Shown here piece by piece: positions 27,202-36,778 of a stretch of DNA of 64,000 nt. The DNA comes from an uncultured archaeon (GTDB lineage Archaea; Iainarchaeota; Iainarchaeia; Iainarchaeales; JAAZKV01). Each line of letters opens with the position of its first letter. The stretch's first letter is position 1. The notes beneath the pieces are model-generated. The model worked only from the letters and a program-made list of their open reading frames with translations. It did not search any database and was not told where the DNA came from. The position numbers were made by a program, and so were the translations under genes. The stretch lies in assembly GCA_964534045.1 (NCBI GenBank), contig CAZHNO010000001.1:224621-288620 (forward strand), written 5' to 3'.

Positions 27202-27792
27202 ATGCAACTAATAAAAGCTGTTCAAAATAGGCATAGTGTCAGAGCTTTTGAAAAAAAGAAAATTCCAAAAAGTACAATCAAAAAATTAGTCAAACTGGCC
27301 ACAATGGCACCTTCAGCAGGAAATAGACAACCTTGGATTTTTTATTGCATAGATAATAAAAATAAAAGAAATCAAATATCAGAATTATTAAAATCAACAT
27401 TAGAAATTTTCAAGGAAGACATTGAAAAAAAAGAAAATAAAATCAAAAACATTATTTTGAGTTTTTATTCTGATTTAGGAGGATCCCAAAATTTAATTTT
27501 TATATTTAGAAAAAAAAGCAAAAAAGAAGAAGCACACACCTGCCCTAACGATATTGCAAGCATTTCTTGTGCTGCACAAAATATTATGCTTTGTGCACAA
27601 GAGTTTGGATTAGGCACTTGCTGGATTGGAAGTTTTAATGGACCACAAATTGAACCCAAACTAAAGACAATTTTGAATGCAAAAAATGATGAAGAACTAG
27701 TTTGTAGCTTAATAATTGGTTTTCCAAAAAAAGGTTTCAAAAAATTAAAAAGGACAAAAAAGAAATTAAACGAAATAATCAAATTTATTTAA
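27202..27792 (+). CDS. nitroreductase-family protein
   Basis: VQNRHSVRAFEKKKI...ATMAPSAGNRQPW is the canonical nitroreductase N-terminal signature. Confidence 0.7.
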   Translation: MQLIKAVQNRHSVRAFEKKKIPKSTIKKLVKLATMAPSAGNRQPWIFYCIDNKNKRNQISELLKSTLEIFKEDIEKKENKIKNIILSFYSDLGGSQNLIFIFRKKSKKEEAHTCPNDIASISCAAQNIMLCAQEFGLGTCWIGSFNGPQIEPKLKTILNAKNDEELVCSLIIGFPKKGFKKLKRTKKKLNEIIKFI

Positions 27793-27934
27793 GGAATTAT
27801 TTCAGCGCATCAAAATGTTCAAGAGAACATTGAGAAAGATGAAATAATCAAGGAATTATTTCGGCGCAATTATATTTTCCCGAGGAAATATAATAAAGCG
27901 AAATTATGGAATAATTTCGCAGCAATTATATTTT
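27791..27934. repeat. three imperfect direct repeats (~27 nt, GGAATWATTTCRGCGCAATTATATTTT) between convergent genes; the last unit includes a 9-bp inverted repeat
   Basis: Units at 27791..27809, 27850..27878, 27908..27934. Hairpin CGAAATTAT-GGA-ATAATTTCG at 27899..27919 overlaps the stop codon of the minus-strand radical SAM gene. Confidence 0.4.
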
Positions 27935-29025
27935 AAAAAGTCTAAATCTTTTTCATTAATTATTTTTTTATCTAAAAGTTTTTGAACTTCTGGAGCAATT
28001 CTTTCCATTTCTCTCAAAAGGTGTTTTATTGTTACACAAACTTCTTCAATTCCTTTTTTTGGCCATGTTGGATAATGATTTGAGTACAAACATCTGCCGC
28101 CACAAAGAGCATAATCAGAACATGAAAGACAAGGTTCTTGTATTTTCAATTTATTCGGAAGAGTGTTTGGTAAAGTGTGTTTTATGTCACCCAAATATTT
28201 TTCTCTAATGCCTTGCATTATTGGACAAGCACTAATTCTTCCATTAGGAAGAATAGTAAAATTTCCAACCCCTGAGCCACATCTTAATGAGTAGGCCTTG
28301 CCAAATAGAATTGTATTTAGAACACCAATGAAAGGGTAAAAACGCAATAAATGCCCTTTTTTTGCTTCATTTAACCAATATTCAGCTAATTTTGTTATGT
28401 CTTTGTTGTATTCTATGCTCCATTTTGAGAAGTTTCTTTTCTCATAATCATGCCACATATTCGCATCCAATTGCCAATGAACACTATTGAAAGGAAACTC
28501 TGTGTTTTCCACGAGAAAAGTAATGTCTTTGTAAAAATTGGTTGGTTCTTCTACCGCCATTCGAGCAATTACCTCTCCATTAAAACCATTTTTTTTAATT
28601 AATTTTAAATTAGAAATTACTTTTTCATAAGTGCCTTCATTTCTATTCTTATTAGTGGTTTCTTTATCACCATCAATTGAAACCAAAATAGTATGAAATT
28701 TATTTACAAATTTTTTATCTAATTTATCTAACAAAGTTCCATTTGTTTGAATTAAAAAATTGTCAACAATTCCAAGTATTTGTTTCGAAGACATTATACT
28801 TTCAATAAATGGAATGTTAAGCAATGGTTCTCCACCATAAAAAATAACACTTATTGGTTTATCATTATCTTTTGAAAAAAATTTTGCTAATTGCCCAGGC
28901 ATATAATTGGGGGCGGTTGGAACATTTTCAAATTTAATATCCGACTCTGGTTCATCAAAAGCTTTTTCACAACAATAAGCACAGCACAAATTGCACTCAG
29001 GGGTTGTAACAATGTGGTAAATCAT
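27904..29025 (-). CDS. radical SAM / SPASM-domain enzyme (anSME-like maturase)
   Basis: N-terminal CNLCCAYC (CxxxCxxC) in a TTPECNLCCAYCCEK context resembling the anSME SGCNLKCTYC motif. GGEPLL motif. C-terminal Cys-rich SPASM region CGSGVGNFTILPNGRISACP...CLSCSDYALCGGRC. Confidence 0.7.
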   Translation of the reverse strand: MIYHIVTTPECNLCCAYCCEKAFDEPESDIKFENVPTAPNYMPGQLAKFFSKDNDKPISVIFYGGEPLLNIPFIESIMSSKQILGIVDNFLIQTNGTLLDKLDKKFVNKFHTILVSIDGDKETTNKNRNEGTYEKVISNLKLIKKNGFNGEVIARMAVEEPTNFYKDITFLVENTEFPFNSVHWQLDANMWHDYEKRNFSKWSIEYNKDITKLAEYWLNEAKKGHLLRFYPFIGVLNTILFGKAYSLRCGSGVGNFTILPNGRISACPIMQGIREKYLGDIKHTLPNTLPNKLKIQEPCLSCSDYALCGGRCLYSNHYPTWPKKGIEEVCVTIKHLLREMERIAPEVQKLLDKKIINEKDLDFLKYNCCEIIP

Positions 29026-29062
29026 AGTATCTACTGAATTTGGAATAAGAAAGTGTTAAAAA

Positions 29063-29911
29063 TTAGAATTGCTTTTCAAAATTCAATCCTTTAGTATATT
29101 TCTCTAATCCTTTTCTTTCACCAATTTTTTCTTTCTTTGCACTTTTTCTATAACCTAAAACAGAATATTTTCTCATAAAAATTGGTATGTTTGAAGCAAC
29201 TCCATTTCCACCAATACAACCACCATCACAAAATAAAATATCATAAAATATTTTGTTGGGGTATTTTTTCGTTATTGAGTTGAGTTTGTTAATTCCATCA
29301 CTTGAAATTATTTCATTTTCGTTCAAAATATCTTTTGCATGCAAGGTTTTTGCCAAGCCTCCAGCAAGAGGATAAATTTTTGTATAATCATTGTAAAATG
29401 AATCAAATTTGTGAGAAACTTTTTTGACTCTTATTCTTTCTTTCAAAAGCACTTTTTTCATTTCTTTAAAAGTTATAACACAATCAATTAAACGAGAATT
29501 TTTTGCTTCAACTTTTTTTGCCACACATGGTGCTAAAAAAACTATTTTGTTTTTTGGATATTCTTTCTTCAAAATTTTTGCCATTACTATCATTGGCGAA
29601 TCAAAAGGTAACAAATATTTTACTAAGTCTGGATGTTTTGCTTTAATCAAATTAACACTTGCTGGACAAACAGAAGAAATGAACTTTTCCTGCTTTGATT
29701 TATTTTCCGAAATATATTTATGGTAAAGCTCATTAACTATTTTTGCTCCAAAAGTTAGTTCTGTTACTACATCAAAACCTATTGCTTTCATTTTTGGAAC
29801 AAATGTTTTGTAATCAAAATCAACTACAAAAGAAGGAGCAACCATCAAACAAACATTCTCTTCATGTCCAAGCAATTCTAACATTCTAATTTGATCATCA
29901 TTGTATTGCAT
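29063..29911 (-). CDS. compact [FeFe]-hydrogenase H-cluster-domain homolog (282 aa, no accessory ferredoxin domains)
   Basis: MVAPSFVVDF..GFDVVTELTFGAKIV..E aligns with the HydA H-domain start (MVAPSVR..GFD..FGAD). L1-like SSVCPAS (TSCCPGW with the proton-relay Cys replaced by Val), L2-like APCVAKKVEAK (MPCxxKxxE), DCVITFKEMKKVL (DAVITTRELAKMI), L3-like DILFCDGGCIGGNGV (ExMACxGGCxxGGGQ). Confidence 0.6.
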   Translation of the reverse strand: MQYNDDQIRMLELLGHEENVCLMVAPSFVVDFDYKTFVPKMKAIGFDVVTELTFGAKIVNELYHKYISENKSKQEKFISSVCPASVNLIKAKHPDLVKYLLPFDSPMIVMAKILKKEYPKNKIVFLAPCVAKKVEAKNSRLIDCVITFKEMKKVLLKERIRVKKVSHKFDSFYNDYTKIYPLAGGLAKTLHAKDILNENEIISSDGINKLNSITKKYPNKIFYDILFCDGGCIGGNGVASNIPIFMRKYSVLGYRKSAKKEKIGERKGLEKYTKGLNFEKQF

Positions 29912-29967
29912 TATTTTAAGAGGAAAGAGAAGTATTTAATTCTTGTTTAACTATTAAAAGCAAAAAA

Positions 29968-31236
29968 TTATTTATTCTCAACTAATTTGAAAACATTATC
30001 ATTTATTCTAACTCTTTCTTTTACTTTGATTCCAACCATGTCGCCTTTTTTTGCACTTGTTCTTTCTTTATGTTCTGTTTGCATTGACTCTAATTTCTGC
30101 TCTAAAAAAGTTGTTACTCCTTCAATAATTAATGAATCACCAATTTGCACAGGTGCAAGGACACGAACTTCTGCAACATTTATTTTCGCATAATACTTTC
30201 TAACAATTCCAACCTGGACTCTTTTTTGCTTTTGATTGCTTCCTTGAATATCAGTAATATCTTTTTCTGTTGGTTTTGAGAGGTAGAAGCCTGTTGAGAA
30301 TTTTCTATTATACACTTTCCCAAGCTCTGTGTTCCAATTAGCAATTTTTTCTTTAGTGAATGTTTTGCTTGCAACTGAATCAATTCCTTCTCTGTAAACT
30401 CTTGTTACATAAGAAACATAATCACTTGGTTTTGTTCTTCCTTCAATTTTCAAAGCACAAACTCCAGCACTAATTATTTTGTCTAAGAAGTCAATTGTTT
30501 TCAAATCTTTTGCTGAAAGAATTGTGTTTCCAAAAATTTCAACTTCTTTTTTTTCAAAATTTGGTTTATCACCATCAAGGAAAAAGGCTCTCTGCGAAGC
30601 ATTCCCGCGCGCGGATTTTTCCTCAAGGAAAAATGGGCGCCTGCAAGGTTGTAAGCATTGCCCCCTATTAGCGCTTCTTCCAAATAATTCGTGCGATAAA
30701 AAACATCTTCCTGAAATGCTTATGCACATTGCTCCGTGAATAAAAACTTCTATTCCCATTTTCAATTTGTTTGCTTTTGAAACAATTTTTTTTATTTGCT
30801 CAAGCGAAAGTTCGCGTGCAAGCACAACTCTTTTTGCACCCAATTTTTTGTATTGTTCTAATGCTAATGTGTTTGCTATTGATGCTTGTGTTGAAACGTG
30901 TAATTCTAATTTATATTTTTTTACTAAATACATTACTCCTAAATCAGAAGAAATTACTGCATCTACTTTTGCTTCTTTTGCTTTTTTTAAAATTTGTTCT
31001 ATTTTTTTTAATTCTTCATCAAAAGTTGTTGTATTTAATGCTAAATATCCTTTCACTTTATTTTCATGCAAATAATTCATTAATTTTTTTAATTCATTTA
31101 AAGTAAAGTTTGTTCCAAGGTCACGCATATTGAAACCTTTGATTCCAAAATAAACAGCATCAGCTCCATTTTTCACTGCTACAATCGCGGTTGTAAAATT
31201 TGCTATTCCTGTAAGAAGTTCTGGTTTGTTTTTCAT
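29968..31236 (-). CDS. peptidase-U32-family protein (RlhA/UbiU/TrhP-like Fe-S enzyme family)
   Basis: N-terminal TIM-barrel-like GADAVYFGIKGFNMR and signature E.FIHGAMCISISGRCFLS with a downstream RGQCLQPCRRP Cys cluster. I trimmed the start to MKNKPELL because the longer ORF runs into the divergent pilin gene upstream region. Confidence 0.7.
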   Translation of the reverse strand: MKNKPELLTGIANFTTAIVAVKNGADAVYFGIKGFNMRDLGTNFTLNELKKLMNYLHENKVKGYLALNTTTFDEELKKIEQILKKAKEAKVDAVISSDLGVMYLVKKYKLELHVSTQASIANTLALEQYKKLGAKRVVLARELSLEQIKKIVSKANKLKMGIEVFIHGAMCISISGRCFLSHELFGRSANRGQCLQPCRRPFFLEEKSARGNASQRAFFLDGDKPNFEKKEVEIFGNTILSAKDLKTIDFLDKIISAGVCALKIEGRTKPSDYVSYVTRVYREGIDSVASKTFTKEKIANWNTELGKVYNRKFSTGFYLSKPTEKDITDIQGSNQKQKRVQVGIVRKYYAKINVAEVRVLAPVQIGDSLIIEGVTTFLEQKLESMQTEHKERTSAKKGDMVGIKVKERVRINDNVFKLVENK

Positions 31237-31288
31237 AAAACAATTTAATAGCGAAACAAATTTAAATAAAAAAGAGAAACAATTTGTG

Positions 31289-32506
31289 ATGGCAAAAAAA
31301 ATTTTTGAAAAAAAAGCACAAGGAACGATTGAATATTTGGTTATTATTGCAATTGTTGTGGTTGTTGCATTAATTGTTGTTGGTTTACTAATAACTTTAA
31401 TGGGTTCTGGAGGAGATATTTCTGGAACAAGCAACCAAATAAATTATAAAACACAAACACTTGCTTTAAACGATTATTTAGTTTCAACAGACGGAAACTA
31501 TTTGTTAGAAATAAAATCAAACGAAGTTGGAAACATAACAATAGATAATATTTCTATTAATGGAGAAGACACACCCTTCACAACAAACAATACAATAAAC
31601 CTCGGACAAGAAAGATTAATAAAAATAGAATCCAGCACAACTTGTGAAGAAGGACAAAAAGTAGCCACACAAAACATAACAATAACATACACCACAACAA
31701 ATGGATTAACAAAAAAACAAACATACGAAAGTGTATCAATCCCTTGTCAAAATTATACAAATCCAAACGAAAACCAACTACTGGGTGGAACGACAAGCGA
31801 AGCATCTGAAGATGAAATTGATCCGGCCATAACCCAATTAAGAAGTGGTTTGGTTGGATATTGGCCACTTGATGAAACGAGCGGAACGACCGCTTATGAT
31901 AATTCAGGAAATGGGTATAATGGGGAATTAATTGACGGGGCAGTATTTGCTAGTGGTGGTTTAATTGAAGGCGCAGTAGATGTTGATCCAAGAAATACAT
32001 CCAATTATAAAAGAGTAATGATTGATATACCAAAACAAAATAGTTTTACATATCAAATTTGGAGTAAAAGATCTGTAACTGGACACCAAGAGCTTATTTA
32101 TAGAAGCAGTGATTCTACTTCTAGCCCATTATCAATGCTTGGTTTTGGAAATAACTCTCAATTTTTTATAAAACCATTTGGTTCGGAGCATTGGGGGCCA
32201 TCTGTTTCTTGCCCAGGCGATTATTGTTTTAGTAACATAGATATTTGGTATCACGTTGTAATAACTTATGATTCGGCAACTGGTGAACTTAAAAATTATG
32301 TTAACACTTTACCAATAATAAATCAGTCTGTTGGAGCCAGTCAAAGTGAAAGTGGAGACATACTCTTCTTTGGGGGAAGAAATACTAGTTGGGGTGGTCT
32401 AAGTGGACTAATTAGCGAAGCTGCGTTTTGGGATAGAGCATTAAGTTCGGATGAAATAGAATCACTTTATAATGAAGGAAATGGATTAAGCTTAAAAATT
32501 AGTTAA
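31289..32506 (+). CDS. type IV pilin-like protein (class III signal peptide) with C-terminal LamG/concanavalin-A-like lectin domain
   Basis: MAKKIFEKKAQGTIEYLVIIAIVVVVALIVVGLL. The N-terminal ~170 aa are ~85% identical to 4452. The C-terminus (GYWPLDETSGTTAYDNSGNGYNG...DIWYHVVITYDSATGELKNYVN...LISEAAFWDRALSSDEIESLYNEG) is a classic LamG-type jelly-roll pattern. Confidence 0.6.
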   Translation: MAKKIFEKKAQGTIEYLVIIAIVVVVALIVVGLLITLMGSGGDISGTSNQINYKTQTLALNDYLVSTDGNYLLEIKSNEVGNITIDNISINGEDTPFTTNNTINLGQERLIKIESSTTCEEGQKVATQNITITYTTTNGLTKKQTYESVSIPCQNYTNPNENQLLGGTTSEASEDEIDPAITQLRSGLVGYWPLDETSGTTAYDNSGNGYNGELIDGAVFASGGLIEGAVDVDPRNTSNYKRVMIDIPKQNSFTYQIWSKRSVTGHQELIYRSSDSTSSPLSMLGFGNNSQFFIKPFGSEHWGPSVSCPGDYCFSNIDIWYHVVITYDSATGELKNYVNTLPIINQSVGASQSESGDILFFGGRNTSWGGLSGLISEAAFWDRALSSDEIESLYNEGNGLSLKIS

Positions 32507-32588
32507 ATTATTTTAAAAAAAATAACCCTTAAACAACAAAATTCTTTTTCTCAATTAGCTTTTTAAAAAGAAGCTTGTGAATTTTTTT

Positions 32589-33017
32589 ATGTCAAAGGTT
32601 TATTTTTCGTTGCATGAAGCTAATGAGATGGTTCCAAAAATTAAAGGTAAAATTAATCGAATTATGCAATTAAGAGATGAGTTGGAATTATTAGATAATA
32701 CTAAAATAGAATTTGATGAAGAAAAATTAGAAAACTATTTATTAGAAGTTGAGTTGAACAAAAATTTTCATGAAAAAAGTTTAGAGCTTTATTCTTTGCT
32801 TGGAGAGTTAATAAAGCAGGGTTGTGTTGTTAGAAAGTTAGATAATTTGGAAGTGGATTTTTATTCTAGTTTAGATAATAGAGATATTGTTTTTTGTTGG
32901 CAACCTGGTGAAGGTAGAATAAATTATTGGCACTTGCCTCATGAAGGAAGTAATGTAAGGCGCCCTATTAAAGAAATTGAGAAAAAATACTTGGAAAAGT
33001 TGAATGAATTCAAATAA
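32589..33017 (+). CDS. hypothetical protein upstream of rpoH (143 aa)
   Basis: The track ORF starts with GTG; I trimmed to the ATG (MSKVYF..). No recognised family. Confidence 0.35.
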   Translation: MSKVYFSLHEANEMVPKIKGKINRIMQLRDELELLDNTKIEFDEEKLENYLLEVELNKNFHEKSLELYSLLGELIKQGCVVRKLDNLEVDFYSSLDNRDIVFCWQPGEGRINYWHLPHEGSNVRRPIKEIEKKYLEKLNEFK

Positions 33018-33219
33018 TTCAAAAAATTATTCAAACTTACAAAAATCAGCTTTTTTGGAACTTTTGTAGCAACACTTTTAAAGCTTTGCAAGCAAAAATT
33101 GATTACAATTTAGCGATTGTTTTCGCTTTGAAATTTTGTGGTGAGCTTGAGTACTTTAGGGTTATTTTTTTATTTGAAAAAAATTTTCCTTGACTTAACT
33201 TTACAAAATTCTAAAAGAA

Positions 33220-33462
33220 TTGCCTGGTGATTGGTTGGCTGATGAAAAAAGACACTATTTAGTTCCTGAACATGTACTTATCAGGAAAGAGAAAGCCGAC
33301 GAATTAATGAATGAACTAGGAATAAAAAAAGCTTCTTTGCCAAAAATTTCTAAACTTGATCCTGCTGTAAAAATTTTGAAGGCAGATAGGGGAGATGTTG
33401 TAAAAATTATTAGAGATTCTTTAACAGCTGGACAAACTACTTATTATCGGAGGGTTGTTTAA
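33220..33462 (+). CDS. rpoH: DNA-directed RNA polymerase subunit H (Rpo5)
   Basis: HYLVPEHVLIRKEKADELMNELGIKKASLPKISKLDPAVKILKADRGDVVKIIRDS matches the RpoH fold. The only in-frame start is TTG (first ATG is at residue 30). Confidence 0.7.
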   Translation: MPGDWLADEKRHYLVPEHVLIRKEKADELMNELGIKKASLPKISKLDPAVKILKADRGDVVKIIRDSLTAGQTTYYRRVV

Positions 33463-34934
33463 TGGCTGAACTTGGTTGGGAATTAATTGATTCTTATTTA
33501 AAAAGTAAAAGAATTGCACAAATGGAAATTGAATCTTTTAATCAATTTGTTGATACTAAATTACAAGATATTGTTGAAGAAAACAAGGATATTGTTCCAA
33601 AAATTGAAGAAGTTAAAATTGAATTAAGTAATATTGAAGTTGAAAAACCAAAAATAATTGAAGCTGATGGTTCTCCTAGAGAACAATTTTTACCAATGGA
33701 AGCTCGATTGAGAAATAGAACTTATGCAGGTCCATTGTATTTGACAATGAGACTTTATAGAAGAGATGTTGAACAGGACGCTAGAAGAACTTTTATTGGA
33801 GATCTTCCACTAATGGTTAAATCTGCTAAATGTTGGCTTGCTGAAATGAATGAAGAAGAATTAGTTGGAGCTGGAGAAGACCCAATGGATATGGGTGGTT
33901 ACTTTATTGTTAATGGTTCTGAAAAAGCACTAATGACACAAGAAGTATTGTCAAGTGATAGAGTACTAATTTCTGAAAGTGATAAGGGAGTTGCTGCTGA
34001 AGTAATTTCTACAAGAGGAGCTTTCAAAGGAAGAGTAAGAGTAACAAGAAGTCCTGAAGGATTATTGTATGGAACATTCCCAACAAGCCCAAGAAAATTA
34101 CCTTTATTTACATTATTCAAAGCACTTGGATTAAAAACACAAAAAGAAATTTTTGATGCATTCCCTGAAGAAATAGAAGTTCAAAATGATTTACACTTAA
34201 ATTGGGAAGAATGTGATATTAAAAAACAAGAAGATGCGTTGGATAAAATTGGAAAATATGTTGCACCAGGACAAGTAATTGATTATAGATTAAGAAGAGC
34301 AGGAGAAGTAATTGACGGATTTTTATTACCACACATTGGACAAGATGATCCAGCAAGATTAGCAAAAGCATATTACTTAGCAATGATGGCAACAAAAGCA
34401 ATTGAAAGAAGTTATGGTTTAAGAGGAAAAGATGATAAGGATCATTACACAAATAAAAGATTAGAATTAAGTGGAAAATTAATGGAACACTTATTCAGAT
34501 ACTCATTCAAATATTTTGTAAAAGATTTAAGATTCCAAATTGACAGAACAGTTACAAGAAGAAGAAAATTAAATATTTCTACAATTGTAAGACCTGGAGC
34601 TGTTAGTGAAAGAATTAGATTTGCAATGAGCACTGGTAATTGGATTGGAAGAAGTACTGGTGTAGCAAAATTCATGGATAGAGTAAATTATTTAGCTCCA
34701 TTAACTGATATGAGAAAAGTAAAATCACAATTAGCAAAAACTAGAGAACTTTATGAAGCAAGAGATGTTCATGGAACACACTGGGGAAGATTAGATCCAA
34801 TTGAAACTCCTGATGGACCACAATGTGGATTAGTAAAAAATTTATGTTTCATGGCTGAAGTAACAACAGAAGCAAGAGAAGAACCTATTGAGGATTTCTT
34901 ACATCAACAGGGAGTAAAATTAAAGAAAATTTAA
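33462..34934 (+). CDS. rpoB2: DNA-directed RNA polymerase subunit B'' (N-terminal part of split Rpo2)
   Basis: Full-length similarity to the archaeal Rpo2N pattern; start overlaps the rpoH stop (ATGs... TAATGG). Confidence 0.85.
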   Translation: MAELGWELIDSYLKSKRIAQMEIESFNQFVDTKLQDIVEENKDIVPKIEEVKIELSNIEVEKPKIIEADGSPREQFLPMEARLRNRTYAGPLYLTMRLYRRDVEQDARRTFIGDLPLMVKSAKCWLAEMNEEELVGAGEDPMDMGGYFIVNGSEKALMTQEVLSSDRVLISESDKGVAAEVISTRGAFKGRVRVTRSPEGLLYGTFPTSPRKLPLFTLFKALGLKTQKEIFDAFPEEIEVQNDLHLNWEECDIKKQEDALDKIGKYVAPGQVIDYRLRRAGEVIDGFLLPHIGQDDPARLAKAYYLAMMATKAIERSYGLRGKDDKDHYTNKRLELSGKLMEHLFRYSFKYFVKDLRFQIDRTVTRRRKLNISTIVRPGAVSERIRFAMSTGNWIGRSTGVAKFMDRVNYLAPLTDMRKVKSQLAKTRELYEARDVHGTHWGRLDPIETPDGPQCGLVKNLCFMAEVTTEAREEPIEDFLHQQGVKLKKI

Positions 34935-34961
34935 ATTGAGGATTATGTGGGTTGATTAAAG

Positions 34962-36776
34962 ATGGCACGATTAGCAAAAGTATATATTAATGGAAGATTA
35001 ATTGGTTTCCACGAAGATGCAGAAAAATTAACAGAAATTGCAATCAATGCTAGAAGAGAAGGTGCTTTGCCAACTCAAACAAATGTTGCTTTCCACAAAG
35101 ACACTAATGAAATTTATATTAACACTGATGCTGGAAGATTACAAAGACCATTAATAGTTGTAAAAAATGGAAAGAGTGCTTACACAAAAGAAATGGCAGA
35201 AAAAGTTGACAAAGGAGAATTAAATTTCCACAAATTAATTGAAATGGGAATTGTAGAATATTTAGATTCTGAAGAAGAAGAAAATGCATTGGTTGCAGAA
35301 AAAGAAGAGGATATTACTAGTGAACATACTCACTTAGAAATTAATGGTGCGGCAATATTGAGTGTTATTTCATCAATGGTTCCGTTCATCCAACACGACA
35401 TGGCAGGAAAAGCTTTGCACGGAGACAAGATGTTCAAACAAGCAATTGGAATTGGAACAATAAATTATAAATTAAGACACGATACTGAAGGATATTTACT
35501 TTACTACCCTGAAAAGAGTATTACTAAAACAAAAACAATGGATGTTTTAGAATTAGATAAGAGACCACAACAACAAAACTTTGTTGTAGCGATTATGCCC
35601 TATTATGGTTTCAATACAATGGATGCTTTAGTATTAAATCAAGGCGCTGTAGATAGAGGTTTGGCAAGAGCTTGTTATTTTAGAGGTTATGAAGCTAACG
35701 AGCAAAGATATCCTGGTGGACAGAGAGATAAATTTGAAATTCCAACAGAAGAAAAGGTTGGTTTTGTTGAAGAAGAAAAATACAATAAATTGGGCGCTGA
35801 TGGTTTATCAGAAGTTGAACAAATTGTTGCAGAAGGGGATGCTGTAATTGGAAGAACAGCTCCACCAAAATTCTTTGAAGAAATGAATGATTTTGGAACT
35901 GAACAAGAACAAAGAAGAGATGCTAGTGTTTTGGTAAGAAAAAAGAAAGATGGTGTTGTTGACACAGTAATGGTAACTGAAGGCCCTGATGGATCAAGAT
36001 TAGTAAAGGTAAAAGTTAGAACAACTTTGAAGCCAGCAGTTGGAGACAAATTAGCTTCAAGACACGGACAAAAAGGTGTTGTGAGTTATATTGTTCCTGA
36101 AGAAGATATGCCATTCACAATTGATGGAGTAAGACCTGATTTAATTTTGAATCCACATTCAATCCCTTCAAGAATGACAATGGGACACTTATTAGAAATG
36201 CTTGGTGGAAAAGCAGCAGCAGCAAACGGAAAAATTATTGACGGAACACCATTCAATTCAACAACACAAGCAGAAATGGAAGAAATATTAAAATCACACG
36301 GATTTAGAGAAGACGGAATGGAAACTTTTTACGATGGAATAACAGGAAAAAGAATTGAAGGAGCAATCTTTACAGGAGTAATCCCTTACCAGAAACTTTA
36401 CCACGTTGTTGCACACAAAATACAGGCAAGAGCAAGAGGACCTGTACAAATGTTAACAAGACAACCAACAGAAGGAAAAGAAAAAGAAGGTGGATTAAGA
36501 TTTGGAGAGATGGAAGGTGAAACATTAGTTGGTCACGGAGCAGCAATGCTATTACAAGAAAAAATGATTGAAGATTCTGATAAATTTGTAGCATTAGTTG
36601 ATGAAGAAACAGGAATGCTTGGATTCAGAGATGATATTAGAAAGAAAAATGTTACACTTGGAAGCAAAGGTGGAAAAATGTATCCAGTTGAAATGTCATA
36701 CGGATTCAAATTATTATTAGAAGAATTGAAAGCGTTAGGAATTTGGGCAAAAATAAAATTAGAGGATAAGGTGTAA
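34962..36776 (+). CDS. rpoB1: DNA-directed RNA polymerase subunit B' (C-terminal part of split Rpo2)
   Basis: Conserved GDK.ASRHGQKGV and hybrid-binding/anchor motifs. Confidence 0.85.
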   Translation: MARLAKVYINGRLIGFHEDAEKLTEIAINARREGALPTQTNVAFHKDTNEIYINTDAGRLQRPLIVVKNGKSAYTKEMAEKVDKGELNFHKLIEMGIVEYLDSEEEENALVAEKEEDITSEHTHLEINGAAILSVISSMVPFIQHDMAGKALHGDKMFKQAIGIGTINYKLRHDTEGYLLYYPEKSITKTKTMDVLELDKRPQQQNFVVAIMPYYGFNTMDALVLNQGAVDRGLARACYFRGYEANEQRYPGGQRDKFEIPTEEKVGFVEEEKYNKLGADGLSEVEQIVAEGDAVIGRTAPPKFFEEMNDFGTEQEQRRDASVLVRKKKDGVVDTVMVTEGPDGSRLVKVKVRTTLKPAVGDKLASRHGQKGVVSYIVPEEDMPFTIDGVRPDLILNPHSIPSRMTMGHLLEMLGGKAAAANGKIIDGTPFNSTTQAEMEEILKSHGFREDGMETFYDGITGKRIEGAIFTGVIPYQKLYHVVAHKIQARARGPVQMLTRQPTEGKEKEGGLRFGEMEGETLVGHGAAMLLQEKMIEDSDKFVALVDEETGMLGFRDDIRKKNVTLGSKGGKMYPVEMSYGFKLLLEELKALGIWAKIKLEDKV

Positions 36777-36778
36777 AA

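Noticed and set aside
31237-31434. N-terminal 66 codons of the U32 ORF
   Set aside because: They would run through the divergent pilin-gene promoter region, and the U32 homology begins at MKNKPELL.
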